A DNA stretch of 64,000 bases from Geosiphon pyriformis uo1 (Eukaryota; Fungi; Glomeromycota), in assembly GCA_016748015.1 (NCBI GenBank), contig JAAOMT010000003.1, positions 1,120,373-1,184,372 on the forward strand. Reading direction: 5' to 3'. The number at the start of each line of letters is the position of its first letter. Positions within the stretch are counted from its first letter, which is position 1. The notes under the pieces are model-generated. The model had not been told where the DNA came from and did no database searches. It saw only the letters and a list, made by a program, of their open reading frames with translations. The translations under genes and the position numbers were made by a program. Positions 49,001 through 62,095 of the stretch are shown in pieces.

Positions 49001-51592
49001 TTTGTTACAATTTCTGCATTTAAGTGGAATGTAAGGTGATTGTTTTTGTGGTTCTGGTATAGAATATCTAACTTTTTTCCATCTTCTTGATTCTTCAAAA
49101 AATTTTTGTTCTGTTTTCTTAGCCCAATTGGATGTTGATCCAAGAGCCATGTAGGTTTCAGTGAGGGGCATTTCTTTCTTTTCTTCAAATTCTAGTACTG
49201 GAGCTTTTTTTGATTGTTTTTTAAAAGTTCCACATGTAGCAGATACTATGGTGTGTTGTCCTTGATATGAGATTTTTAATTCTTGAGTTTCCCAATCTAA
49301 ATTTGCATTGGCCTTGAGAAGCCAATCATTTCCGATGAGAGCTTAGTATTAGGGTGCATCCATGACTAGGACTTTAACTGAAATAGTGATTCCATCAATA
49401 GTGAATAGAAAATTATTAATTTCTCCTACTGGTGTCTTCTTCATACCATCTGCTGTAATGATGACAGTTTGAGCTGGTCTGTCAACAGTTTGTTGAAGCT
49501 GTTGCATTAATTGGTAGGTGATAATACTTCTAGTAGATCCACTGTCTAATATTAAGCGAATTGGTTTTTTTTCTACTTCAGCTTCAGTATACATTGCTGT
49601 AATAGCTTTTTGTTTGTTAACTGCTACATTGTTGAGTAGAGATGGTGATTCATTGGCTTCAAATTCAAATGGAAAGATGTCTAAAAAATTGGTATTTCAG
49701 GCAATTCTGGCTGGTGGGATAGTCTTGTTAGAAGAGTTTTGCCTTGGTGCTGTAGCTTCACTTTCAAAAAGTGCAGTTTGCTAAAAATTTGATTCCTCTG
49801 GTATTGTAAGATAACTGGGTTGAGTGTGATAGGGTGTGGGCCTATGTTGATTCGAATTTTGAGTGGTTAATTGGTTGTTGGAATTAAATCTGTTGTTGTT
49901 TGTTGAAAAACGGTTTTGTGGTGTAAATTGATTATGTTGAATCAATTTTCTAGCTGGCACTTGATATTGTGGTGTGAATGGTTGTTGATACTGTTGTTGG
50001 ATTGGTTGTAGAGCAGATTGATAATAGTAGTTTGGATATTGTGGCCTTGGTAAATATTGAGCTGGTGATGATAGATAATATAATTGTTGTGATTAGGAAT
50101 AATGTTGATTATTCCTCTGTTGTTGGTCTTGTTGCAATTTTCTACAATCGCATTTCCAGTGTTCTAGAATTCCACAATAATGACAATTTTGGATTTGGTT
50201 GTTGGATAGTAGTCCGAAGTTGTTTTGATTGCATTGTTGTGGGAGTTGGTATCTTTGTGGTTGTTGTAATTACTGCAGCTGCTGTTGTTGCTGTTGGTTA
50301 GTGAAGTAGTTTTCAACTTTTTTGGTTAATTGGTCAATCTTTTCTTCAGCTGCTGAACTGGTTTCTCCAATAACCAGATTAACAAATTTGGTACAGTTGG
50401 CTTCTTCTATGGCCATTTCATAGTTTTTTGCCTGTTGAATAGCAGTGGCTAAATCTTCTGGTGCATGTGGGTGAACTTTCTTAATAAGTTTGTCTTTTAG
50501 TCCAGCAATGAATTGATCCAAAATTTGTGCATTGGAATAGTATTTATTGGTTTCCAATTGGCAAATCCTTCTAAGCAGTTTGTTGAATTTTCCAAGATAG
50601 GTCATAACTGATTCACTTGGTTCTTGCTTGATATTTCAGAACTGATTTCGAAGGGTAATGGAAATATTATTGTCAGTGAACTGTTCTAGAAAAGCAGTTT
50701 TGAATGCTTTCTAGTTTTCTGGTGGGGCTTCCAAGTTTTCAAACCATTCGTCAGCCATTCCTTGTAAGAAATATGAAATTGCTTTTAACATTCTGACAGC
50801 ATTCCAACCATTTGCATCTTCTGCTTTTGAGACTTTGTCAAGCCATTTTTGAGAACTGGTTTTGTTGTCTTCTTCTGTGAACTCAGGAATTTTTGCAATA
50901 TATGTGGAGACCATTTCTTCTTTGTTTTCTGAGTCTTCTGTTTCTTGTTCTGATTTGGTCTCTTTACTTTAATTTTCTGCTAAGTAATCAATAAGATTTG
51001 TGCTGGTTAATATTGGTTCCTGTTATTGAATAAAGCTTTTGGGTGACTGAAAATCTTCTATTCTTAAAAGCCGAATAAGTGGTGAGCTTAGTGTTTGTGG
51101 TTGAGCAAGTGAAGCTGGAAATGGTGTGATTGAGAGTGGTAATTTAAAGCTGGTTCCTTGTTCTGGAGTTTGTAAATGTTTGGCAGTGGTTTTAGGTGTA
51201 TTGGGAGTAGTTCTGAGTTTTTGTTTCTTTTTTTCTTTTTCTTCTTCTGTTTCTGATTTAAAACTAAGAGAAAATTTCTGTTCTATTGGGTAATTCTCTT
51301 TATAATACTGAATGATATTGAAGTTGAGTTCTTGGAAGTATGTTTCAAGTATTTGACTGTTAAAATCCTGAGTGTTTAGACGAGAATAATGTATTAAGCT
51401 TTCATATAAGTTGTGTCTAACTTCTGAAATATTGTAGTCTCCAAGAAGATAATTATTGATGCAATTTTTAATGTACTGGTAAAGTGTTTTCTTGAATGTT
51501 TCAATTCTGTCTGGGATGTTAAATCTCTGCTTGCAGTGGGTGTAGATTGACTAATAATACTCTAGAGTTCTTGAATCTGTTTGAGTTGTCAC
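46032..51592 (-). pseudogene. Gypsy-2 Gag-PR-(Cys-rich)-dUTPase-RT-RNaseH polyprotein
   Basis: GTG 51592; Gag, CCHC knuckle, LILDSGS, CxxC clusters, DAGYDL, DFGSTG, YLDN (from YLDD), LATDA, ends MRQD-TAG. Confidence 0.92.
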
Positions 51593-51638
51593 TTTTGAAG
51601 TTGTTGTTACTGTGTTATTTTTGTGAAAGAGCACCAAA

Positions 51639-52606
51639 TGTTACTGGAGGTTTTTGGTCTCTTTTCTTAATGGTTGTTGATACCTGTTTGCTGTAAATTC
51701 ACGTTTTCTGGATGTGGTTGAACCTCCAGTAGCTGAATTTATCTTCAAATTATCTCCTATAATTTGAACTACTGGGCTTATAAGTGGAATGGCCAATTCC
51801 ATGCCAGTTACTTTGTGTAGTTACATTGTAGTAAATGTCAACTCTTTCCCAGGAATTGCTCATCTAAAAGCTCACTAAAAATGTGTAGTTACTTTGCTGT
51901 GAAAGTTAACTTTTCTACAGGAATCTCGTCTGTAGACTACCCTAATGATTGTAATAAGAAAATAAAAGAAAAATAAAAGAAATGTAAAAGAAATAAAATT
52001 TTATCAAGGGAAACATTTTCTATCCAGGCCTGGAGTCACTAACAGTTTACTGAAATTGATAGCTAATCAATTTCAAAATGTTAGTTGGATTTGGAGATTT
52101 TCCAAGTACAATAATTAAAGAATTTGGTTTTTTGAATTATTTGATATTTATTTCTTTTTGTGTGTATAGGAATGGTTCTAAATGATAAATCTAAAGTAAG
52201 ATACATTTTCTCGAAAAGAGAAGCTCTTCTTTTATACAACTTGTTGTAGTACTAGTCTATAAACTTGAACTTTTTTCTTTATTATGGTTTCAATGAACTA
52301 AAGATATTTTTCGGCAAACTTACAAGTTATTTCTACAAACTATTGAATATTTCGGTGAACTATTAATTATTTCAGCAAATTTCTACAAATTTTGGCAAAC
52401 TCTTGAATATTAAATGGTTCAGGATATTATGTAATTTGATCATTCTAATTTCTATAGTACAAATTGGGTTATTAATTGATTGATAATATTCGATAATTTG
52501 ATTAAATAATAAGTGATAATTTGAACGCTAATATATGCTAATTTAATGGTAAAAATTATAAGAGTAATATTATGTTAATTAATATTTCAAGTTTCGGTTG
52601 ATAACA
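51639..52606 (-). repeat. 5' LTR of Gypsy-2
   Basis: TGTTATC...GTAACA followed by PBS TTTGGTGCTCT. Confidence 0.96.
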
Positions 52607-55600
52607 GTGTCTAGTTGGCTCTTTTTAGTCAAGCTATTGTTCAAAAATAAACTTTCTGTGTCAATTTTGGGGCTTTATGTTGAGGTGTTCCTGGCTGTTT
52701 ATTTCTCTTAGGCTAATGATATTAATTCTGTGATAGCAAGGGCAGTCAATGAATTTTTATTTGTGGTTTTGGGTGGTAACTTCAATAAAGATGGCTTCCA
52801 AAGGTGTGCTAGCTTCAAAAGGTGTCTGAATCTTGGTTTGATCAATTTCTTGGATAGAAGTCTCTATGTCAAAATGTCCACATGGGCTAATTCTCAGGAT
52901 ATGGCTAAGATTATTGATTTTTTGTTCATTTCTTTGAACTTGGTGAATGCTGTAGTGGATCGCAAAGTGTCTAATGTTGGTGAATTTTTTGATACTGACT
53001 ATCATGCTGTTTTTGTGTCTGTGGATTTGGGTGGACTTCTGAATAAGCAGTTGAATTCTCTTTGCAAGCAAGCAAATAGAGATTGGTAGAAGTTTGATTT
53101 CAAAGGTGCTGATAAGTATAAATAGGACAATTTCAGAGATGTTACATTAGCTAATGCTGCAATGTTCTCAGATGAGTTTGCCACTTCTGCAAAGTTTTCG
53201 GATTTGAATGCAATATAAGATATCATTCGCAAAATAATGGTCCTTTCAGCAAATGAAGTGTTTAAGAAAAAATGGTTTAAGGGCTTTGATAATGTATTCA
53301 CCAAAGAATCTTCAAGATTTCACAAATTGGAGCTCTTGGTCTCTAGAATTGTTAGAACCTTATGTGAGAAAAGTATTGTAAATTTTGATTTTCTTATGAG
53401 ATACTGGATTTTTTTAGACAATATTAAGGCTTCAGTTGTTTAGGAAGTTGTAGACTCTGGTGCTGGCTTTAGTCATGTCCATTCTGTTCTCTTTGGTGCT
53501 AGAAAGTATTATCGTGCTGCCAAGCTTGCTAAATCTCTGAGGGCTAAGAAAGCAAACATCAGATCTGCTATAGATAGGTGGATAGAAAGCTTTGAGATGA
53601 ATAAGAGTCATATTATCAAGAGTGTTTTGGAGCATCCTTTTCACAAAGTGGTTCTGGACCACCTGGTTGTTAATGACAAGCTTATCTTGGAGCCTGATTT
53701 AGTTAAGTCTAAGATAGATATTATTATGGAAGGATAGACCAGTAAGCATGGTGTAATTGCTGATGTCTCTGATGTTTGGTCTTGTCAATATTGGTCATTG
53801 GATTATGTTTTTGATGAGGTTTTTTCTGGTGTAATGCATTTAGTTGAGTTTAGTGAACTGTTTAATGTAATTTTCAATCTGCCTGATGGCAAAGCTGCTG
53901 GTCTCTCGAATATTATAAATAAGCTTTAGAAACATTGTGATAAGTTAATTCTGGATATGTTTTTGGTACTTTTGAACTTTTGTCTTTCTTGTGAATCTGT
54001 GTCCAGATTTTGGAAGAAGGCTTGGGTTTTAATGATTCCTAAATCATATGAATGGGAGGGTGTTTTTACGAATACCTGCTCTATTGCTTTGATCGAGATG
54101 GCTTGTAAAATTTTTTCCAAAATACTCTCTAATAGAATTTCTTTGGCATACAGCATTTTTGACGTTTTTCATGAGGACAATTTTTCGGTTTTAAAGAGTA
54201 TGACAACTCAGTCTCCTATTTTTGCAATTGGATCAGTGGTTGAGGATGTATTGGAAAAGAATTGGGAGCTCTGACTGGTTTTGCAAGATATGTGGAAAGC
54301 ATACAATTCAGTCAGCTAGGAATATCTCAAGAAAAGTTTAATTAGGATTAAGATGTGCAGCAAGTTTATTTGGTTTTTTGGTGGTATTTATAGAGATCAT
54401 ACCAACAGGGTAATGACAGATTTTGTGTTGACAGATGGTTATCATATACATAATGGTTTGGACCAAAGGGAGGTCTTTTCTCCTCTTTTATGACGCATAT
54501 TTTATGATCCTCTGCTATGTGAAGTCAAGAGACAGAAAAGCATGTGTGGTTATAGGTTAAGTTCTTATTTTATTTCAAGGAATGGTCATGCTGAGTCTCA
54601 GACTGGGCTCTCTTCCTTTTTTGCTGCTGGTGCTTTCATTGATGATACAATTTGGGTTGGTAGTAGTCAGGCAGCTACTTAACATATTCTCAACATTACA
54701 AGTGAATTTTTTTGGATGAATAATATTTCTATCAATAATGACAAAACTGTGACTATTTCTATTAATAGCAGAGTTAGCACTCCTTTTTTTTCTATTAATG
54801 GCTTGCCAATCTCCATTGCTAAAAAGGGTGAATCTCATTGATATCTGGGTATTTTTCTCTTAATTGAAGGTCTTTTAAAGCTTAATTTGGCAAAGACAAA
54901 TTTGGACGTTTGTTTTTTTACCAATTTGATCCTAAGAAAAGCTGTTTCAGATAAGCAGTTCTTATATTTGGTTTTGGCAGTTTTTTATCCTATAGTTAAT
55001 TACAGAACACAGTTTAGCTTCATTCCTGTTAGTATATGCAACAAATAAGATGCTTTGATTTATAAGGGCTTGAAGTTTAAATCTGGCCTATCTCTTAATT
55101 TTCTTAGTGATACAATTTACCACTCTTTCTTTTATGGTTTGAAATTTTTCTTTCAAGTTTAGTCTGAGAGTAAGGTGGCCTCTCTTGTTAGTTTTGCAAA
55201 CTTGGGTGGCATCCTGAGTCATTTGTTCTCTCACAGATTCCATGACTTGCAGGTTCTGTACTGGTGTTCTGCTTATTCTTTGAGTTCTCCTGTGCATATT
55301 CATGTCAGTGCTTCTGATAACTTTCTTGCAGGCATGGTTTACGTTCTTCTTGATTGCAATTTGTTTTTAGATGGCTCTTTGGCCAATTCTTTTCAGTTTC
55401 GTAGTGGGGTCCCTATGTCTGTTGTTCTGGACAAGTCACAGTTTCTCAAGTTTTTCTCTTTTCTCTGATAGTATGATATTGTTTTTGTGGACCAACTTCG
55501 TGATCATCATGGTTTTGTCTTTGATTAGCACACCTTCAAACATTGAAAGAAATTAGACCCTTGTGGCCCTGTTCTTAAGTAGTTCAAGCTTTTTGTTGCA

Positions 55601-57147
55601 TTTCTTGATGGTAAAGATTTCTCTCTTACTTATCCCTCAGTTTTGGATGGTATTGGTTCTTTGAACATTTTTGAATCTAATGATTTTGCTTCTGTCTGTG
55701 ATTGTCTCTCGCAAGTTGGTGCCAATAGTTTGTTGGTATATACAGATGGGTCCTTTAGTAACCTGAGCACAGTTGGTTGTAGAACTGGTGCTGCCACTTT
55801 TTTTGAGGACATTGATTTGGGTTTGGATATTGGTATGTCAAGTTTAATGTCATCCACTTTGGCAGAGTTGCAGGCTATTGCACTGGCTCTAAAGAGTATC
55901 CTCTTACTGAACTCTGTTAAATTGTTTTTGAATAGTCAATTTGTACTGAATGCCTATAAGTCTGAATTGGGTCTGACAGTTTTAGACTTTCGTAATCAGT
56001 GTTGGGTTGAATGTTGTCATATTGTCAATGTTATTCACAGTAAAAATTTGAAGATCAGCTGGCATAAGGTTAAAAGCCACTCTGATGTTTCAGGGAATGA
56101 GCATGCTAATGCGATTGCTAGTAACACTTCTCTTTCTAGTTGGTATCTTCCTCTCTGTGTGGATGAACACTTTATAATGGCTGGTGGTAGTGTAGTTTCT
56201 AGCAATTTCAGACACTTTGTATGTGATATTTATTATTTGGTCTGTTGTGTGCACTGGGAGATTGGTTCTGGTTTCAAGTTTTTGGCAAACGGTTTGCTTT
56301 CTGAGGTTGACTGGCTCTGTTTTTCTTTGGTTTGGCATTCTGACTTGCACATGGCTGCTGGTTTCACCAGCAGACTCTTAGCTAATGCACACACTTATTT
56401 TATGAAGGCTTTGTACCACCAGCTACCAGTTGTCATTTGGAAGTGCCTGTATAATAGACTATATCTGAGTGTGTTATGCTTATATTGTGACAATGTGGAG
56501 ATATCAAATTACATGTTCTCTTACAAGATTGATGATTCTGTCTGATGTCAGTTGCTGGAATTCTATGTGGACTCCTAAAAGGTGGTTTCTGGTCTCTCTT
56601 ATTCTTCTTTGAGCATACTATAACTGTTGTCTTTATGTGTTTCTGACTCCTTTTTGTCTATGGCTCTTTATAAGAGTTTCATTTTTAATGATTGGTTTTG
56701 CAAGGTGGTTACTGTCTTTCAAGATTCCAAGGTTGCTGGTTTGGAGATCGTCAAATTTGTGTGCTTTTTTAGTCTTGATTTTAGGAGTAATGTCTGGTCT
56801 GTTCATGCTAAACATCGTGTTTTTATAGAGAAAAATGGATTGATTCTTCTCAGTGATTCAATTCCCATCTCGGTTTTTGGTTTGGTCTCAGGGTTGTTGG
56901 CTGGGATGGTTAAATTGCTTGGCATTGCTAATGCTTTTGGTATTCATTTTGGTTTTCGCAAATCTTGTTTGTTTTTTTCAGATGTAAGTGACTCAGTTTC
57001 AGTTCACATAGCTGCATAGTGTTGTTTTGATCAGTCCGAATAACTGGTCATGTGTAGAAAATACATAATTCATGCCTAGTTTAGATTGTTTTTTTGGTGC
57101 ATAGCACTAGGTAGTGTTTAGACCTCATTCATAAAACAAAAAAAAAA

Positions 57148-57840
57148 TTAATGTTTTTAAAAAACAAAAAAAGTTATTTAATTTTTATCTTATTAATACA
57201 AATTTTAAAATTAAATAATTTAATAGATTAATTATATGTAAAACATATTTTGTTTTGTTTTTAAAATTAGTAAAAATTGATAAAAGTTTAATATATTAAG
57301 CAATTTAATTATATATTAATTAATATTAGTTTTAGTAAATATGTTGTTATTATTATTATTATTTAAAATAAAAAAATTATTATTTTTAATCAAATTAAAA
57401 TTAAGTATTATAATTAATACAGTTATAAAAAAATTGGTAAGAATATTAATTATATTGAATTAAAAAAATCAAGTTGTTTTTTACTTTTTTAATTATTTAA
57501 ATAATAATAATATTATTATTATTATTAAAATTGGTCTTAATTAATTGTTTAAAAAAAACTTTAAATAAAAAACTTTTTATTTAAAACCAAAAATAATAAT
57601 TTTTTAGCAATTAAAAACTGTTTTATATCTTTATTATTTAAAAAAAGTGTCTTAAAAAAATGTTGTTTAACTGTTTTTATTTTTAAAAAACCTTTTTAAG
57701 TGTTGAAACTATTACTTTGGTTGTGGTTATAAAAATATATTTATTTGTTTAATAAAAAATTTGTTAATATTCAAAATTTATTATTAACTTTATTAATTTT
57801 AAATGATAATGATTTTTAATGTTTTACAAAAACCTTTGGT
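57148..57840. repeat. AT desert (hypermutated relic)
   Basis: CpG-free and very AT-rich; flanks the LINE as 29922-31290 does on the other side. Confidence 0.7.
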
Positions 57841-58283
57841 ATAGCAGCTTGAAAATTTTGCTGGGGCAGATATCCAATCAAATGAATATCCAACGCCCGA
57901 GCATGTACGAATACAATAGGTGATGAGCATGCACTGTCGGTTTCATGGTGAAACTTGTTTTTATTCGTATTTTTGGAAACAAATTTAACCCCCGCTTGTC
58001 TTCGAGATCACCGCTTCTTGATAGGCCGCGTTCAATTTTTACTAGATCAATAATTTGGCGTGCCTGTTCTTTGTATAAAAAAACATTCACTCATTTCGCG
58101 TTAAGCTAAAAACCTTTTAGTTGTATAGATAGTAAGCACATTAGCTCTTTTTTGCTACAGTATTGAAAAAAATTTAAATAAATTTAATTTGACAAAAGTT
58201 TTTCCTTTTTATTATTTTACCAAGTAAAGCCTCAATATATACAGGTATTCAATTTTTCGTTATCATCTACAAACTAAAAAGCA

Positions 58284-59738
58284 ATGAGCATCCAACAAAC
58301 TTGGGAGGAGTATAAGCGTCACCGTGATGGTGACCACTTCACTGACTCAGCGACCGTCTTGTTTGTGCCGACCGCCTCTGGTGCTCGAGGTTATGACGCA
58401 GTGAGACAATACTTGTCGAGAGCATATGATTCCCACAAGTTATCAGTAAAAGAAAAAGTGCTTTATCAAACTATTGGTACTGATTCGATAGTCGAAGAAA
58501 CAGAGACAACTATAAAATTCCTCACTGGTGAAGCAGATTGGATCATTCCAGGAGTTGACTTAAGGCACACTATAGACTCTACCATTGTACTTCCCGTTGT
58601 AAGGAACCTTTTTCTCCCATCAAACGCTTGAAAACGATATCACTTTTAAAAAAATGAATTTATTATCAAATTTTAGGTAACAATTGTTACGTTCGACAAC
58701 GACAGAATTTCCTCATTGCGGTATGAACTCTTGTTTCCTCATAAGTTTTGAAAGATTTATGGTCTTGGCTATGTTTAATCCTTCATTACTGTTATGTAGC
58801 CTCTATTGGGACCAAGCTTCTGCTCTTAAACAGCTAAAATTGTAATTATAACCCTCAATTATGTCCACTACCTCATGATTTTATATTACGTATGATAAAC
58901 TGCGGTAACTTTTATCAAGAATTACCAACAAGAGTTCCTGGCCTGTCACTGCTGAACGACAAATCGATGCAGTCCGTGACATTACCTCTGCTTATCTTAA
59001 CCCTTATAGCAAGCCCCTTTTGTCTGCTGGCCTAACCGGTAACTGCAATTCCTAGTTTTTTAAAATGTTATTTTCTTTCAGAATTGGCACAATATATTTA
59101 TAGATTTATTGAACAGCTCATAATGGGGAGGCTGGTCGTCGCGCGGCTCACACTTCTAGCCGTGTTAATCAACCAGGTGGGACCGGAGGTAAATCCAGCG
59201 TCTTCGGTGATTCATCCGATGAGCGTAAGTACATTTCAACTCTTATAAATTTAGAAAAAAAATGTTATTACATTAAAATCACAACATTCAATTTTCATAG
59301 CGGCCAGTCGTAAATTCAACCAAGGTAAAAACACCTCACAATTCTCGTTTGGTGATAGTAATGATGATTATCAAGCTCCACCATCTCAAAGGAGAATGAA
59401 TTATAATGCCGGTCGATCCCAAATTGAGATTCGAGATGATGATGGTGGTTCTACGCCTGCTTCGATTTCAGGTTCTAACAAGAAACATTTCGGCAAATCT
59501 GAGCATCATTCATCTGTCCAATTTGGTGGAACTCCTCAAACTTTGAACCCACCGCAACAACAGGAACAACCACCAGCACCACGTGTTAAGCCATCTAGTC
59601 GGTAAGAACCCATTCTTAAGCCCTTTACACGTACCAATGTTCACTTGTTAATGGATTCAATTAATCTTTGCTTATCTGTTCATTTTTAGCATCTTGAGGC
59701 CACCTGGAGGTGGCGGTTCCCAAATAACCTTCGGATAA
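58284..59738 (+). CDS. NTF2/SnoaL-like domain protein with C-terminal PGG/SxxxFG repeats
   Basis: VLFVPT..GARGYDAV...SIVEET...WIIPG...IVLPVVTIVTFDNDRISSLRLYWDQASALKQL; tail SSRVNQPGGTGGKSSVFG, SQFSFG, SSVQFG, SSRILRPPGGGGSQITFG*; spliced by hand. Confidence 0.8.
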
Positions 59739-60033
59739 ACGAAATGAAATTCTGAATTTTTATTACTTCAAATAAGCCAACAGTAATGATACCCTTTCTC
59801 ACTTTTCTTGAAAATATATGTATATAGCTATATTACAGTGGTGAATAAAGTGTCCATGCCCCATCAACTGCTATTCAAACATAAAATTGTCGAATAGAAA
59901 AGCAAGAATCCAAACCGCATGATTACAGTGATTTTTATCTTTAAATTTTCCATCTGAGATAAACTCATTAGATTAAATAAGAATTTTAATTTAGATTACA
60001 TGAATTTAATTGATTTTTCAAAAATGAATCATT

Positions 60034-61542
60034 CTAAATGACACTAGATAGGGAAGGATTGACCGAAGCAGTGTAATAGGCGGTTGAAGCCGAGGAATTA
60101 TTATTTTCCTGCAACATAATTGAAGTTCTTGTTTCAACTGATGATCCATCATTACTTCCTCTTTCACTCTGTGTGTTGGCTCCAATCCCACCAAGTCTGG
60201 GTACGGAAAATTCCCCATTTACATTCAAAAATTCCTCTTCATCATTTGAATCATAATCGGCACCTACACAATCCTTGCAAGCTCGCAGGTATTTTTCCTT
60301 TGCGTATGAGAGTTCACGTAACTGCGAACACTTCCAACATATCACTCTTCCACAAAGTCTACAATGATGTTTCCGAACAAGAAATCCAAATTTTGTGATC
60401 TTACACACCATGCATTCAGATGCATCCTCATCAGGAACCCAGAATACCCCATTATCATTGTTGCGATCTCCCCCATTTATAATATTTCTACTGGTGACGT
60501 TACTAACTGTTCCATTAAAGCTTTTAACACTATTCAAATAACGAATCGCGTCGTAAACAGAACCAGATTTCTCATTGATAATTGCTGTGACTCCCCAAGC
60601 GCGTAAAAGTGATCCGTCAAAAGTAAAACTATTACTACGTTTATTTTGCTTGACGAGATCTATTTCCTTGGCACGGCGGGCAACAATGACTTTTCGAGTA
60701 GTTATGGCTTGATTGAGACTTTCAAACCAATCATCCCGTTCCTTCAAAGACTCAAAAACAAAAGAATAGAAACTCTTTCCAGTATTCACCTCAATGTAAT
60801 ATAGGCCATCTTCCCGATCCACAGAATCAATATGCAAATGAGTAAGGGAAACGATGACTTGATTGTCAAGTTTCTTCAGTAATATTCGTTGTTTTTCCTC
60901 TGTAAGAGGCTCAGCTGTGATCAAAACGTCATTGAAAAGAAAAACTTCCCGGAAAACAGGGCCTGTGCCAGGATCTTTTAGCAGGACACCCTGTCGGATG
61001 AACGTCCGACCATATGTTACAATTGATTTACCTTCATGAAACTCTTGTTCTATAGCAAGTATCTTGTGAAACTCTTGAAAACTAATACTAAAGTGTACTC
61101 GATTCTTTCGTCTCTTTGCAAATTTCATCGCTTCTTTTTGATCCAGTGAAGATCCTGGAGTATTTAGAGTGGGCCGGGAGTAAAATGAACCATCAAGTTT
61201 CTCTTTGTTGTTTCCTATAGTCGCTTTGTTTGTTGGCCTGGGCATTGTAGAAAACGCATACCTTGTAGCTGGTATAATTTTCAGACTTTGACTCTTTTGT
61301 TCTTTACCTGTGCGGTTTGGTACTGGAGGTGGAAAAGCTCGTCTCGCAGTTGTTCGTACAGGATTCCTAGCTGAGAAGGTTGTGTGTGCAGGTGGAGGCG
61401 ATGAAAGTGATCCCACGTGTTCATTTTGCTTTTGAGCCCCGATTACCCCCCCATTCGAAAGTGAAGTTGTGGGATGTGGAGGTTTGTTCAAAGAAAAAAT
61501 ATCCTTTGAAGTTTTTCGTTTATGATAATTCTTTGGAAGCAT
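60034..61542 (-). CDS. PH + FYVE domain protein (Phafin/PLEKHF- or FGD-tail-like), single ORF
   Basis: PH: RTFIRQGVL...REVFLFNDVLI...ERDDWFESL; FYVE: WVPD..C..C...RKHHCRLCGRVICWKC...RACKDC; start uncertain. Confidence 0.9.
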   Translation of the reverse strand: MLPKNYHKRKTSKDIFSLNKPPHPTTSLSNGGVIGAQKQNEHVGSLSSPPPAHTTFSARNPVRTTARRAFPPPVPNRTGKEQKSQSLKIIPATRYAFSTMPRPTNKATIGNNKEKLDGSFYSRPTLNTPGSSLDQKEAMKFAKRRKNRVHFSISFQEFHKILAIEQEFHEGKSIVTYGRTFIRQGVLLKDPGTGPVFREVFLFNDVLITAEPLTEEKQRILLKKLDNQVIVSLTHLHIDSVDREDGLYYIEVNTGKSFYSFVFESLKERDDWFESLNQAITTRKVIVARRAKEIDLVKQNKRSNSFTFDGSLLRAWGVTAIINEKSGSVYDAIRYLNSVKSFNGTVSNVTSRNIINGGDRNNDNGVFWVPDEDASECMVCKITKFGFLVRKHHCRLCGRVICWKCSQLRELSYAKEKYLRACKDCVGADYDSNDEEEFLNVNGEFSVPRLGGIGANTQSERGSNDGSSVETRTSIMLQENNNSSASTAYYTASVNPSLSSVI

Positions 61543-61739
61543 ATTTAATAACTGCTTTCACCATTGGAACTCGAGGAAGTTGAAATTGTGTTATCTAGGA
61601 CAATGCCACCCAGTTTCATAATAATATTATTGTTTGTATTAATTCCGATCGATTGATTTTGGCGCCAATCACCCATTCTAAGTTAAAGTGAGTAATTTGC
61701 TTATTATGAACTAGGATTTTACAAAATTAAAAAATTGAA

Positions 61740-62095
61740 CCTTTAAAATATTATGTGTATTTTTTTTTAAAATTATATATATATATAAATATAATTAAAT
61801 AAAATTTATGTAATAATTATTTGTTATATAATATAATTAATTAAAACCAAATAATTTTTCATTTAAATAATAAATTACTTATTATATTTAAACTTAAAAA
61901 ATATATTTTATTTCAAACATTAAAAGTTAATTATTATTAAAATATTTAATTTATAACTTATTATATATTTTATGCATTTTGCTATTATTTTAAATTTTAA
62001 AAAATAACATCATTATATATTTATAAAAAAATTATCAATTATTAATGAATTAATTGTTAAAAATATTAATATAAGGTGTATAATAAAATTTTGGT
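61740..62095. repeat. Short AT desert between divergent genes
   Basis: Very AT-rich, CpG-free, sharp edges. Confidence 0.6.

Larger units (their letters stand above)
42819..52606 (-). mobile_element. Ty3/Gypsy LTR retrotransposon (copy 2, sister subfamily), dUTPase-bearing
   Basis: Two 968-bp LTRs; TSD ATGC/GTGT (ancestral GTGC); same domain order as copy 1. Confidence 0.97.
42539..57019 (+). pseudogene. LINE ORF2 (APE endonuclease, RT, RNase H, Zn knuckle), interrupted by Gypsy-2
   Basis: MNNFMxKFAMCNVQDIN, LIITEMKL, VLGGNFN, IDFLF, DTDYH (APE); GLDQGEVFSP, AFIDDTIWV, YLGIF (RT); VYTDGS, AELQAI, WHKVKSHSDVSGNEHAN (RNase H); CLYC. Confidence 0.92.
31295..57147 (+). mobile_element. Full-length degenerate LINE (ORF1 + APE-RT-RNaseH-Zn ORF2) split into three pieces by two Gypsy insertions
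   Basis: Pieces 31295-32361, 41535-42818 and 52607-57147 rejoin in frame (ANLVT|ARxSVFM; KVFE|VSSWL); A-rich tail 57133-57147; 5' end approximate, no TSD found. Confidence 0.93.
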
